64,000 bases of DNA from Cenarchaeum sp. (GTDB taxonomy: Archaea > Thermoproteota > Nitrososphaeria > Nitrososphaerales > Nitrosopumilaceae). The DNA lies in contig OY843768.1 in NCBI GenBank assembly GCA_963693095.2, positions 64,001 through 128,000 on the forward strand, given 5' to 3'. The position numbers were made by a program, and so were the translations under genes. Shown piece by piece: positions 40,002-49,178 of the stretch. Each line of letters starts with the position of its first letter. The stretch's first letter is position 1. The notes beneath the pieces are model-generated. The model had not been told where the DNA came from and searched no databases. It saw only the letters and a list, made by a program, of their open reading frames with translations.

Positions 40002-41161
40002 TGGGCCTGTCCCCTGTCGTGAAGGCGCTTTAGGTGGCGCAGCGTGGACTTTAGTATCTCTATGGACTTTAGGTACTCGGCGATCGAGACGTGCTCGTTG
40101 GACATGTGGGCCAGGTGCGGGTCTCCGGGCCCCCACGTCACGACGGGTATGGCCAGCGTGTTGCCAACGACGTTCATGTCGCCTGTTCCGGTCTTTAGAA
40201 CGGGCATGGGGCTCGGCGAGCCGGACTCGACGGTCCCGATCTTTAGCGCGCGAACGAGAACCGAGTCGGCCTTTGCCTCAAAGGGCTCTGTCTCATCAAG
40301 TATGGAATAGAACGCCTCGACTCCCCGTTCGGCTGCAGTCTCCTTTACGCAAGAGGCGATGTCCTGCTCGACGTTCTTGCATGACATGGCCGGCGGGACG
40401 CGCACGTCCATCGTCGTCTCGCACTCTTGTGGCATCATGTTGTGGCTCGAGCCGCCCCTGATCTCGGTGACAGTCGCCGTGAGCGCCTTGATCCGCCTCT
40501 CCTCGGCGCTTCCGGCCTCGAGCTTGCCCTTTAGCGCAGAGATGAACATGGCGGACTCCTCGATGGCGTTCTTTGAGAGCCATGGCGCGCCGGCGTGGCC
40601 GCTGTTGCCAACGTCGACCTTGAGGTTAATGGCGAGGCGGCCCTTGTAGCCGACAGTTATCTTGCCGATCCCGCTAGGCTCGCCAAACATCGCATAGTCG
40701 AGCCTTATGGGCTGCCCCGCGCGGTCGCGCACGCCGTTCTTTGCTAGGCTCTTGGCGCCGGCTGCGTTTCCCTCCTCGTCTACTGCGCCCACAAAGACTA
40801 TCGTGCCGCCGTTCTCGGCTGCCGCTGCTGCCCCAAAGAGCATTGCCATGAGCGGGGCCTTTGCGTCAGACGCGCCGCGCCCGTACAGCCTGTCGCCCTC
40901 GCGCCTCACGCGTATCTTGCCGGGAACGGTGTCCATGTGGCCGCAGAGCATGGTCACGGGCCGGCCAGTCCCCTTTATCGCCACGACGTTGCCGACCTCG
41001 TCGTCTATGCGTATGTCGCCAAATCCCAGGTCATCGCACTTGTCGGCCAAAAACTCGGCCATGGGCCTCTCTGATAGCGAGACCGTATAGAGGCGAAGGG
41101 CCTTCTCGAGCATCTTTACGGCGTACCTGTCCGTCACGGGCACTTCCACATCGGAGCTCAT
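39995..41161 (-). CDS. lysK: [LysW]-lysine/[LysW]-ornithine hydrolase (M20 peptidase)
   Basis: 'LCGHMDTVPG', 'GRGASDAK', 'VDEEG', 'GEPSG', 'KTGTGDMN', 'GPGDPHLAH'. Lies in the lys operon. Confidence 0.9.
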   Translation of the reverse strand: MSSDVEVPVTDRYAVKMLEKALRLYTVSLSERPMAEFLADKCDDLGFGDIRIDDEVGNVVAIKGTGRPVTMLCGHMDTVPGKIRVRREGDRLYGRGASDAKAPLMAMLFGAAAAAENGGTIVFVGAVDEEGNAAGAKSLAKNGVRDRAGQPIRLDYAMFGEPSGIGKITVGYKGRLAINLKVDVGNSGHAGAPWLSKNAIEESAMFISALKGKLEAGSAEERRIKALTATVTEIRGGSSHNMMPQECETTMDVRVPPAMSCKNVEQDIASCVKETAAERGVEAFYSILDETEPFEAKADSVLVRALKIGTVESGSPSPMPVLKTGTGDMNVVGNTLAIPVVTWGPGDPHLAHMSNEHVSIAEYLKSIEILKSTLRHLKRLHDRGQAQC

Positions 41162-42003
41162 TCCCGTGACGCCTCCAGGACGTGCGCGATAATGAGGGCT
41201 GGTATGTCGACGCCGCAGACCCTGACGGTGTTCTTGAACTCTGTCGTGTTGTTGATCTCGTGGACGAGGAGGCCGCGCTCGTCATCCTCCATGATGTCGA
41301 CTCCGACGATCTCGCCGTGAACCGCATCGCGCGCCTTTATGCAAATCTCCTCCATCTCGCCGGTGACCTTGCACTCCTCGGCATGGCCCCCGAGGGCCAT
41401 GTTCGTCTTCCAGTCACTCGATGACCTGTATATCGCCGCGACGACTGCGTCACCTACGACTATGGCGCGAATGTCGCGCGGGGGCCTCTTTACAAACTCC
41501 TCGACATAGTGGATATGGTACAGTGGATGCATCGCCTCGCGCATCTCGAGTATGCCCTCGGCCGCATCCGCGTCACTGAGGCGCGAGACCATGCGGCCCC
41601 AGCTCCCGACTGTGGGCTTTATGACGCACGGATAGCCGATAGAGTCGGCAGCCTCGAGGGCCGCCTCCCTCGAGAACGAGACTGCGGCGCGCGGGGTGCG
41701 CACGCCGGACTTTTTGAGGAGCATGTGCGTGTAGAGCTTGTTGCCTGCGAGGATGCCTGTCTGCAGGCAGTTGATGACGCGCGCGCCCATTCCCTCAAGG
41801 GCCGCTGTCGAGTGGACATTCCTGTAATAGCTCACGCAGCGCTGCAGTATGGTGCCGTATCCGACCGCCTCGCCGTCAGTCTGCAGCGCGATCTTGCGGC
41901 AGTCAAGAACCTGGATCTCTGCGCCGGCCCTCTTTGCGGCCTCTGCGAGGGCCTTCTCCTCCCACCGAACAGTGTCGTAGAGGATTGTCGCAGCAGGGGT
42001 CAC
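41158..42003 (-). CDS. lysX: Alpha-aminoadipate--LysW ligase (RimK-like ATP-grasp)
   Basis: 'RWEEKAL', 'KPTVGSWGR', 'RDIR', 'WKTNMALG', 'EINNTTEFKN' (LysX-type FKN). Operonic with homocitrate synthase and lysK. GTG start overlaps the lysW stop. Confidence 0.88.
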   Translation of the reverse strand: MTPAATILYDTVRWEEKALAEAAKRAGAEIQVLDCRKIALQTDGEAVGYGTILQRCVSYYRNVHSTAALEGMGARVINCLQTGILAGNKLYTHMLLKKSGVRTPRAAVSFSREAALEAADSIGYPCVIKPTVGSWGRMVSRLSDADAAEGILEMREAMHPLYHIHYVEEFVKRPPRDIRAIVVGDAVVAAIYRSSSDWKTNMALGGHAEECKVTGEMEEICIKARDAVHGEIVGVDIMEDDERGLLVHEINNTTEFKNTVRVCGVDIPALIIAHVLEASRE

Positions 42004-42170
42004 TGCCCCCAATCCTCGCCCACGCTCTGCGCGGGCTTTAGCGTGAGGGAGTCGCCGGTCCCCTCGAGCTCAAAGCTCGAGCCGCACTCGGGGCATGTCA
42101 CGATCTCGCCGGCCATCGCATTGTCCGGAAGCCCTATCGTCGCGTCGCACTCGGAGCACTTGGCGGCCAT
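42000..42170 (-). CDS. lysW: LysW amino-group carrier protein, lysine branch (C-terminus EDWGQ); absent from the ORF track
   Basis: Manual translation: MAAKCSECDATIGLPDNAMAGEIVTCPECGSSFELEGTGDSLTLKPAQSVGEDWGQ* (56 aa, two CxxC motifs). Last codons TGG GGG CAG TGA. Confidence 0.93.
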   Translation of the reverse strand: MAAKCSECDATIGLPDNAMAGEIVTCPECGSSFELEGTGDSLTLKPAQSVGEDWGQ

Positions 42171-42171
42171 A

Positions 42172-43356
42172 TCAGCGTCCCCGGCGCGCGCGGCGGCTAT
42201 TTAACCTTCTTTCAATCCTGTCCTCCAGCGGCATCTCCAGGACGTCGCCCATGCGAAGCGACTTTAGGCCGTCGGCCAGGCTCCTTGCCTGCTCGTCATC
42301 TGCGCGCAGGCCGAGTATCGCTGCCAGGTGGGCAGCACCGGCGCGGCCGGCGAGCTCGCCGAAGACTATGGTCCGGCGGTTGCCCACTGCGTTTGGCGGT
42401 ATGGGCTCGTATGCTGCCGGATTGTTCAGGACTGCGGCCAGGTGCGTGCCGGCCTTGTGCTTGAATGCCGACGAGCCGACTAGCGGCGCGGACTCGTGCG
42501 TCTTTATCGGCGTGTACGCGTCTATTAGGCGCGAGAGGTCGCCTAGCATGTCGAGGTGGAACGAGTTCTTTAGCCCATAGAGGTAGTGTATCGCCGTTGC
42601 GACCTCGGCGAGTGCGGGTATGCCCGTTCGCTCGCCGATGCCGTTTATCGTCGTGTGTATCTGGTCAACTCCGGCCTCGCATGCGGCAAACGCGTTGGCT
42701 AGCGCAAAGCCGACGTCATTGTGGACATGGACGTCAAGGGGAACGTCACCTATTGCGTCACGGACGAGTGCGACATACCTGCGCATTCCGTGGGGAAGCA
42801 TAGCCCCTGCAGTGTCCGGCAGGCTTATCCTGTCGACTCCGGCGTCCCTGACTGCGGCGCACACGCGCACAAGGAACTGCGGATCGGCCCTGCTCCCGTC
42901 CTCGGCGGTAAAGCGAATCTTTAGGCCGTGGGCCTTTGCGTACTCTACTGCCTTTACTGCGCGCGAGATGGCCTCGTCGTGGTCTATGCGCAGCTTGTCC
43001 CTCATGTGAACCTCGGATATCCCGAGATACACCGCACACCATTTCGCGTCACAGTCGATTATCTTGTCAATGTCGGCCACTAGAGCGCGACCGTGCGCGA
43101 CAATGTCTGCGGCAAGGCCCTGCCTTATTATCGTGCGCGTCGCCTCCTCGTGGTCAGCGGATATGACCGGCGATATCTCTATCTGGTCGACGCCAAAGTG
43201 GTCAAGCTCCCACGCTATCTGTATGCGCTGCTTTACGCTAAAGGAGATGCCGGGGTGCTGCTCCCCCTCGCGAAGCGTGCTGTCGAGTATGCGTATCTTT
43301 GACGGGCCTGTCACCATTGCGTTGTACTCGTCGGCCCTGCGGTTTGCCTTTTCCAT
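42172..43356 (-). CDS. Homocitrate synthase (LeuA/DRE-TIM family)
   Basis: 'ILDSTLREGEQ', 'LPDTAG', 'HVHNDVG.A.AN', 'GIGERTG', 'AFKHKAGTH'. No LeuA regulatory domain; heads the lysW-lysX-lysK unit. Confidence 0.82.
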   Translation of the reverse strand: MEKANRRADEYNAMVTGPSKIRILDSTLREGEQHPGISFSVKQRIQIAWELDHFGVDQIEISPVISADHEEATRTIIRQGLAADIVAHGRALVADIDKIIDCDAKWCAVYLGISEVHMRDKLRIDHDEAISRAVKAVEYAKAHGLKIRFTAEDGSRADPQFLVRVCAAVRDAGVDRISLPDTAGAMLPHGMRRYVALVRDAIGDVPLDVHVHNDVGFALANAFAACEAGVDQIHTTINGIGERTGIPALAEVATAIHYLYGLKNSFHLDMLGDLSRLIDAYTPIKTHESAPLVGSSAFKHKAGTHLAAVLNNPAAYEPIPPNAVGNRRTIVFGELAGRAGAAHLAAILGLRADDEQARSLADGLKSLRMGDVLEMPLEDRIERRLNSRRARRGR

Positions 43357-43380
43357 TCCACGGTATGGGACTGCCGGGGC

Positions 43381-43447
43381 GTTATAAGGATAATCGTGCG
43401 TTTGTCGGCGTTTTTGGGCATTATGCGCTGATTTATGGCGTTTTACG
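43381..43447 (-). promoter_or_regulatory. Promoter of the homocitrate synthase-lysW-lysX-lysK unit with candidate Lrp/LysM operators
   Basis: TATA CTTATAAC (minus strand, 43388-43381) about 25 bp before ATG 43356. CG-N5-CG motifs CGTTTGTCG (43399-43407) and CGTTTTACG (43439-43447) lie upstream, next to an Lrp gene. Confidence 0.5.
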
Positions 43448-43471
43448 CATATGGCACGCCGAATAGCGCAC

Positions 43472-43888
43472 CTACTCGTATGTCCGCAGTATTATCGTCG
43501 TGTTCGTGTTCGTCACGCCCTGTATCTTGCGCAACTGGTCAATGCTCTCATTGACGTTCAGTATGCCCTGCGCGCTAAGCGAGGCGATGATGTCATAGCT
43601 TCCGGTTATCTCGTGAACCGTGACGACCCCGTCGAGCTTCATTATGCGCTGCGAGACCTTGGCGACGTCGGTTCCGGACTCGACGGTCACAAACGCGACG
43701 GCCTTTGTCATGCCCTCATCGCCCATCTCGACGGTAAATCGCTTTATCGCCCCAGAGTCGAGGAGCGTCTTTATTCTCCGCCGGACCGCTGACTCTGAAA
43801 GGCCAACCTCCTTGCCGATCTCGCTGTGCCCCATGCGCGAGTCCTTTTTGAGCAACGCAATTATCTTGCGGTCCTTTTCGCTATGCAA
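43472..43888 (-). CDS. lysM: Lrp/AsnC family regulator (LysM-type)
   Basis: 'DRKIIALLKKDSR...EIGKEVGLSESAVRRRIK.L', RAM domain 'HEITGSYDI'. Embedded in the lys/arg cluster; TTG start inferred. Confidence 0.85.
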   Translation of the reverse strand: MHSEKDRKIIALLKKDSRMGHSEIGKEVGLSESAVRRRIKTLLDSGAIKRFTVEMGDEGMTKAVAFVTVESGTDVAKVSQRIMKLDGVVTVHEITGSYDIIASLSAQGILNVNESIDQLRKIQGVTNTNTTIILRTYE

Positions 43889-45059
43889 CTCCTCTCCTTG
43901 CCTCCTCTGCGCCGAGGAGGTCATCTAGGACGCCTAAAACCCTTGCGACGTCAGCGGAGCCGACGACGAGCGGGGGCAAGAGGCGCAGTATGTTGCGCCC
44001 CGAGTAGAGGAGGAGGACGCCCTGCTCTATGCCGCCCATGATGATGTCGCGCACGTCAACCTTTAGCTCCACTCCCACCATGAGGCCGCGCCCCCTGACC
44101 TCCCTGATGATCGCGTGCTTTTCTGCCAGCGCACGCAGTCCAGAGATGAGCTCATCGCCCACGCTTGCCGCATTGTCGACTAGGCCGTCAGTCACCAGTG
44201 CGTCAAGTGTCGCCGTGCCGGCCGCGCACGAGAGCGCATTGCCGCCAAACGTGGAAGAGTGCTCGCCCTTTGACATGCTCGCGATGATCTCCGGCCTTGC
44301 GAGCGTGACGCCCATGGGAACGCCGCCGGCTATTCCCTTTGCGAGGCACAGTATGTCCGGTGCCGTGGAGTCATGGTCACACGCCCACATCTTTCCGGTC
44401 CTTCCGAGGCCCGCCTGTATCTCGTCGAACGCGAGGACGACGCCGCGCTCGTCGCAGACGCGCCGCACGTCGCGCAAAAACCCGTCAGGCGCAACGTGTA
44501 TGCCGCTCTCGCCCTGTATGGGCTCGAGTATCACCATGCCAGTCTCCTCGGTGATGGCCTCGCGCAGCGCGTCAATGTCGCCAAATGGCGAGAACGAGAC
44601 GCCGTCGAGGAGCGGCCCGAAGGCCTTGCGGTACTTTGGGTTGAACGTCAGCGAGAGCGCGCCCATGGACTTGCCGTGGTACGACCCGCGCATTGCCACC
44701 ATGTGGGACTTTTTGGTGAACTTGCGCGCGAACTTTATTGCCGCCTCGACGGCCTCTGCGCCGCTGTTGTTCAGGTGCGCGCACGTGAGGCCTTTAGGGG
44801 CCAGCGAGACTATCTTTTCGAGAAACCTCGCGCGAACATTGCTGTAGAGGGATCCGTGAACCGTGACGATCCTGTCGACCTGTTCCCTTATTGCCGCCGT
44901 GACGCGCTCGTTGCGGTGGCCGACTAGCGCTACGCCGTACCCGCCCATAAAGTCAAGGTACTCCTTTCCGGCCGTGTCCCACACGCGCACTCCCTGCCCG
45001 CGCTCGACGGTCACGGGGAACCTCTGGTACAGGCCGCCCATTATGGCATCCTCGCTCAT
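43881..45059 (-). CDS. lysJ: [LysW]-aminoadipate/glutamate semialdehyde transaminase (LysJ/ArgD)
   Basis: 'NSGAEAVEAAIKFAR', 'EPIQGESG', 'DEIQAGLGRTG', 'LAKGIAGG', 'STFGGN'. Confidence 0.92.
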   Translation of the reverse strand: MSEDAIMGGLYQRFPVTVERGQGVRVWDTAGKEYLDFMGGYGVALVGHRNERVTAAIREQVDRIVTVHGSLYSNVRARFLEKIVSLAPKGLTCAHLNNSGAEAVEAAIKFARKFTKKSHMVAMRGSYHGKSMGALSLTFNPKYRKAFGPLLDGVSFSPFGDIDALREAITEETGMVILEPIQGESGIHVAPDGFLRDVRRVCDERGVVLAFDEIQAGLGRTGKMWACDHDSTAPDILCLAKGIAGGVPMGVTLARPEIIASMSKGEHSSTFGGNALSCAAGTATLDALVTDGLVDNAASVGDELISGLRALAEKHAIIREVRGRGLMVGVELKVDVRDIIMGGIEQGVLLLYSGRNILRLLPPLVVGSADVARVLGVLDDLLGAEEARRGVA

Positions 45060-45859
45060 TGCCGGATCACCGTGCAGCGCTCATGCGCCATGGCCGCCGA
45101 TATTGGCCCCTCCCTCTTTCCGCTCGCGATGATCGCCTCTCCGACGCCGGCGTCTAGTGCCTCAAGTGCGGCGATGACCTTCTTTTCCATCCCCGCCCCT
45201 ATCCGCGGGCGCATCTCGCGCGCCTCAGCGGCGCTGATCCCCTCGACTAGCCTGTCATCCATGATTATCCCGTCGACATTGGTGACGAATATGACGCGAC
45301 TGGCGCGCATGGCGCCGGCAACACTGGCCGCCGCCCTGTCGCCGTCGACGTTGAGAAACTCGTTCTCCTCGCTGAGCGCAACGGGGGCGATGACTGGCGT
45401 AAAGCCTGACCCGATGAGCGAGGATATGAGGGCAGAGTTTACGTGCGATATCTTGCCCGTGTACCCGCCGTCGATCGCCTGCTTTCTGCCGCGCTCGTTG
45501 ACTATGAGGAGCCTCTTTTTCCGGTCGGCGCGAATGAGCCCGCCATCTATGCCGCACACGCCCACGGCGTTGACTCCGCCGGCCTGCAGCGAGCGCACTA
45601 TGGACTTGTTGACGCGTCCGGCCATGACCATCGTGAATATCTCGGCCGTCTCTTTGTCAGTATAGCGGCTCCTCACGCCGCTCGGTGACGTGATAAAGCG
45701 CGGCTCGTGGCCGAGGCGGCCCGACACGTCAGTCACGTCGCGCCCGCCGCCGTGGACGACTATGACGCCACCCTCGGACTCGGCTGCCTGCCGTATGTCC
45801 GCAATTGCCGTCTCGTGCAGGTCGCCGACCACGCTCCCGCCTATCTTTATCGTGATCAT
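45056..45859 (-). CDS. lysZ: [LysW]-aminoadipate/glutamate kinase (LysZ/ArgB)
   Basis: 'IKIGGS', 'VHGGG', 'SPSGVRSRYTD', 'GGYTGKI', 'NVDGDRAA', 'GMEKK'. Confidence 0.93.
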   Translation of the reverse strand: MITIKIGGSVVGDLHETAIADIRQAAESEGGVIVVHGGGRDVTDVSGRLGHEPRFITSPSGVRSRYTDKETAEIFTMVMAGRVNKSIVRSLQAGGVNAVGVCGIDGGLIRADRKKRLLIVNERGRKQAIDGGYTGKISHVNSALISSLIGSGFTPVIAPVALSEENEFLNVDGDRAAASVAGAMRASRVIFVTNVDGIIMDDRLVEGISAAEAREMRPRIGAGMEKKVIAALEALDAGVGEAIIASGKREGPISAAMAHERCTVIRQ

Positions 45860-45865
45860 CGTGGC

Positions 45866-46921
45866 TCACACCGGTGTGAGCGGCGAGTATAGCAGCCCCT
45901 CGGTCTCCTCGCCGCCTAGCATGACGTTCATGTTCTGTATCGCAGAACCCGCCGCGCCCTTCATCAGGTTGTCTGATGCGGAGAGCGCAATGAGCCTGTT
46001 GTTTGCGGGGTCGAGGTCAAAGCCAATGTCGCAAAAGTTCGATCCCACGACGAACTTTGGGTCAGGAAACTTGTAGAGTCCCTTTTTGTCGCGAATGAGC
46101 CTGATGAACCTCTCATCCCCATAGCGCTCGCGGTATATCCTCCAGATGTCCCTCTCATCGACGTCGCGCTCGAGGAACGTGTGGCTAGTGCAGAGTATGC
46201 CGCGCACGACGTCGACTGCGTGCGGGCTCATCGAGACGGGTATCTTTGAGCCGGCTGCCTCGGAGAGCTCTTGCTCTATCTCGCCGGTGTGCCGGTGCAT
46301 CGCCGGCTTGTACGGGCGTATGACGCCGGCCCTCATCGCGTGGTTTGTGCCGGCCTTTCCGCCCGCACCGGCGCCCGAGGAGCCGATCTTTGAGTCGACG
46401 ATTATGTGCTTTTTGTCGATGAGGCCCTCCTCCACTAGCGGGCGAAGCGCCAGTATCGACGTCACTGCCATGCAGCCCGGACACGAGACGAGCCTTGCGG
46501 TGCGTATGGCCTCGCGGTGGATCTCGGGCACGCCGTAGACTGAGCCCTTGAGGCCACCTGGGTTTGTGTGTGTCCAGCCATACCACCTGTCATAGTCGGC
46601 GGCGTTGTGGAGCCGATAGTCGGCGCTCAGGTCTATGACGCGCACGCCGCGATCGAGGAGCTCCTGGACGATGTCGACTGCGGTCCCGTGGGGGACGGCC
46701 GTAAAGACAATGTCGCACGCCTCGGCCATGCGGTCATAGTCGAGCTCGCTGAACTTTATGTCCCCGATTAGGCCCTTTAGGCTAGGCTGGACGCGGTGGA
46801 CATAGTCGCCGGCGTGCTGCCTCGAGGTGACCATGGCTATCTCGGCGCGCGGATGGCCCACTAGGAGACGCAGGACCTCCCCGCCAACATAGCCTGATGC
46901 ACCAACGACGCCGGCCTTCAT
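45866..46921 (-). CDS. lysY: [LysW]-aminoadipate/glutamyl phosphate reductase (LysY/ArgC)
   Basis: 'GASGYVGGE.LRLL..HP', 'IDLSADYRL', 'PGCMA', 'HRHTGEIEQEL', 'DNLMKGAAG.AIQNMN'. Confidence 0.93.
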   Translation of the reverse strand: MKAGVVGASGYVGGEVLRLLVGHPRAEIAMVTSRQHAGDYVHRVQPSLKGLIGDIKFSELDYDRMAEACDIVFTAVPHGTAVDIVQELLDRGVRVIDLSADYRLHNAADYDRWYGWTHTNPGGLKGSVYGVPEIHREAIRTARLVSCPGCMAVTSILALRPLVEEGLIDKKHIIVDSKIGSSGAGAGGKAGTNHAMRAGVIRPYKPAMHRHTGEIEQELSEAAGSKIPVSMSPHAVDVVRGILCTSHTFLERDVDERDIWRIYRERYGDERFIRLIRDKKGLYKFPDPKFVVGSNFCDIGFDLDPANNRLIALSASDNLMKGAAGSAIQNMNVMLGGEETEGLLYSPLTPV

Positions 46922-46967
46922 GCCGGTGGGCTTGCGCGCGCATAATTTATACTCAATGCGCGCAGCG

Positions 46968-47822
46968 TCATCCCCTCGCCGTGCGCGCGGCAAACTCGAT
47001 AATGGCCCCCGGCACGTCGGCCTGCCCAGTGCTTGCCATGCCCCTGAACTCGACTGTGTTGTTGACCTCGTGGACGACGATCCCGCGCTCGGCGTCCTCC
47101 ATCATGTCCACGCCGAGGACACCGCCGCCGACGGCCTCTGACGCTCGCGCGGCGAGCTCCCCGATCTCCGGCGTGATCGCGCATGGCTCGGGCCTGGCTC
47201 CGGCGGCAACGTTTGTCCTAAACCCTCCTGACTCGCGGTACATTGCGGCGACGGCCTCGCCGCCAACGGTTATGACGCGAATGTCGCGCGGCGGGCGCCT
47301 TATGCGCTCCTGGAGATAGTATAGGCGGTCATGCGGCGAGTCAGTCACCGCACGAGCCTCCATTATCGCATCAAGCGTGTCGCGATCATTTACGCTCATC
47401 ACTCCACGGCCCCAGCTTCCGACGAGCGGCTTTATGACGAGCGGATAGCCCTCGCGCCCAAAGCAGTCCACTGCACCCTCGGCCGAGAGCGCAAAGTGCG
47501 TTCGCGGCGTCGGCACGCGCGCCTTTTGGAGGAGGAGCGTCATGAACATCTTGTTGCCGCAGCGCGAGGCCACATCAAGGCTGTTTATCGACGTGACTCC
47601 GGCAAACTCGGCTATGGCAGTAAAGCACATTCCCCTGTGATAGCTCACGCATCTCTCTAGGACGACATCGCCGAGGCCCAGTGAGGCAGCACTACTCTGC
47701 GTGCTCGCGCTGACTGACTTTGCGTCGACCATGTGGGCCTCATGCCCCCTCTCTGAGGCGCTCTTTGCCAGCATCTTTTCCTCCACGCGGAGTCGGTCGT
47801 AGGCTATGCTTATTCTAACCAT
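46968..47822 (-). CDS. argX: Glutamate--LysW ligase (ArgX; LysX paralog)
   Basis: ATP-grasp 'KPLVGSWGRG', 'FRTNVA', 'EVNNTVEFRG' (ArgX-type F-K/R-G). Operonic with argG. Confidence 0.8.
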   Translation of the reverse strand: MVRISIAYDRLRVEEKMLAKSASERGHEAHMVDAKSVSASTQSSAASLGLGDVVLERCVSYHRGMCFTAIAEFAGVTSINSLDVASRCGNKMFMTLLLQKARVPTPRTHFALSAEGAVDCFGREGYPLVIKPLVGSWGRGVMSVNDRDTLDAIMEARAVTDSPHDRLYYLQERIRRPPRDIRVITVGGEAVAAMYRESGGFRTNVAAGARPEPCAITPEIGELAARASEAVGGGVLGVDMMEDAERGIVVHEVNNTVEFRGMASTGQADVPGAIIEFAARTARG

Positions 47823-47986
47823 CACTCGCCCCAGTCTTCGCCGACCTTTTCAGCCCTCTTTAGCTCCACCTCGGAGCCGCTTCTAGAGACCTCATAGTCG
47901 GCCCCGCAGTCAGGGCATGTGACAAGCTCGCCGGACATCGCGTCATCTGGAACGCTTAGGCCTGCGTCGCACTCGGGACACTTCAC
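47822..47986 (-). CDS. lysW: LysW/ArgW amino-group carrier protein (canonical EDWGE)
   Basis: GTG start; MKCPECDAGLSVPDDAMSGELVTCPDCGADYEVSRSGSEVELKRAEKVGEDWGE (54 aa). Confidence 0.94.
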   Translation of the reverse strand: MKCPECDAGLSVPDDAMSGELVTCPDCGADYEVSRSGSEVELKRAEKVGEDWGE

Positions 47987-49178
47987 GGCGCGCCGCACGC
48001 GATCCTTGTAATTTAACCGCTTCTGTGGACTGGAGGCCCCAGAGCTCCACAAAGCCCGTGGCACGCCTCTGATCAAACGTCGAGCCGCGCCCATACGTGG
48101 CCTCCTCGGCGCTGTATAGCGAGTTTGGCGACGAGCGCCCGACGACCCTGACTGCGCCCCTGTGGAGCCTCAGGCGCACGGTCCCGCTGACGGGCTCCTG
48201 CGAGCGCTCGATATACGACTCGAGGCTTGCGCGCAGGGGATCCTCCCAAAGTCCCGAGTATGCCAGCCACGTCCACTCGGCGTCAACTGTGCCCTTGAAG
48301 CGCGTCTCGTGCTTTGTGTGGACCATCTTTTCGAGGTCGGCGTGGGCCTCGATGACGCATGCTGCCGCCGGCGCCTCATAGACCTCCCTTGACTTTATCC
48401 CGACGGTGCGATCCTCTATGTGGTCGACGATTCCGACTCCTGCCCTGCCGGCCACTGCGTTGAGGCGCTCGATTAGCGCGCGCGCGCGCATTCTCCTCCC
48501 GTCAAGGGAGACGGGCACGCCGCGCTCAAAGCCGATCCTGACATACGTCGGCCTCGCCGGCGGGCTCGTGCTGACCCACTCAAAGGCGTCATCTGGCGGC
48601 TCGGCGGCCGCATCCTCGAGCACGCCGCCCTCTATGGCGCGCCCCCAGAGGTTCTGGTCAATGCTAAACCTTCTTGCGACGTTCTCTATGCGCACGCCGT
48701 GCTTGCGCGCAAAGTCCAGCTCTGTCGGGCGATCAAGGTTCATGTCGCGTATGGGCGCGACTATGGGGAGCGATGATGCGGCCCTCATCGTTACATCAAA
48801 GCGCACCTGGTCGTTTCCCTTTCCGGAACAGCCGTGCGCAAGTGATGTTGCGCGCTCTTTTCTTGCGACCTCGATGACCTTTTTTGCGATTAGTGGCCTG
48901 GCCAGCGCAGTGGCGAGGTTGTACTTTGACTGGTATAGCGCGTTTGCCTTTATGGCGACGAGCACATAGTCGCGCACAAACTCATCACGCGCATCTAGCG
49001 TGTAGTGCTTTTTGACGCCGAGCGCCCTGGCGCGCCGCCCAATCTCGGCACTGCTGCCGCCCTGGCCCACATCGACTGTGACAGTCACGACGTCCATGTC
49101 AAGATCCTCCTGGAGGTACTTTACGACGACTGACGTGTCTAGCCCGCCCGAGAACGCGAGAACTGCCTTGCCTGACAA
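47943..49178 (-). CDS. argG: Argininosuccinate synthase
   Basis: 'VLAFSGGLDTS', 'TALARPLIA', 'HGCSGKGNDQVRF', 'SIDQNLWGR.IEGG', 'GIKSREVYEAP'. Confidence 0.96.
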   Translation of the reverse strand: MSGKAVLAFSGGLDTSVVVKYLQEDLDMDVVTVTVDVGQGGSSAEIGRRARALGVKKHYTLDARDEFVRDYVLVAIKANALYQSKYNLATALARPLIAKKVIEVARKERATSLAHGCSGKGNDQVRFDVTMRAASSLPIVAPIRDMNLDRPTELDFARKHGVRIENVARRFSIDQNLWGRAIEGGVLEDAAAEPPDDAFEWVSTSPPARPTYVRIGFERGVPVSLDGRRMRARALIERLNAVAGRAGVGIVDHIEDRTVGIKSREVYEAPAAACVIEAHADLEKMVHTKHETRFKGTVDAEWTWLAYSGLWEDPLRASLESYIERSQEPVSGTVRLRLHRGAVRVVGRSSPNSLYSAEEATYGRGSTFDQRRATGFVELWGLQSTEAVKLQGSRAARREVSRVRRRPKRSR

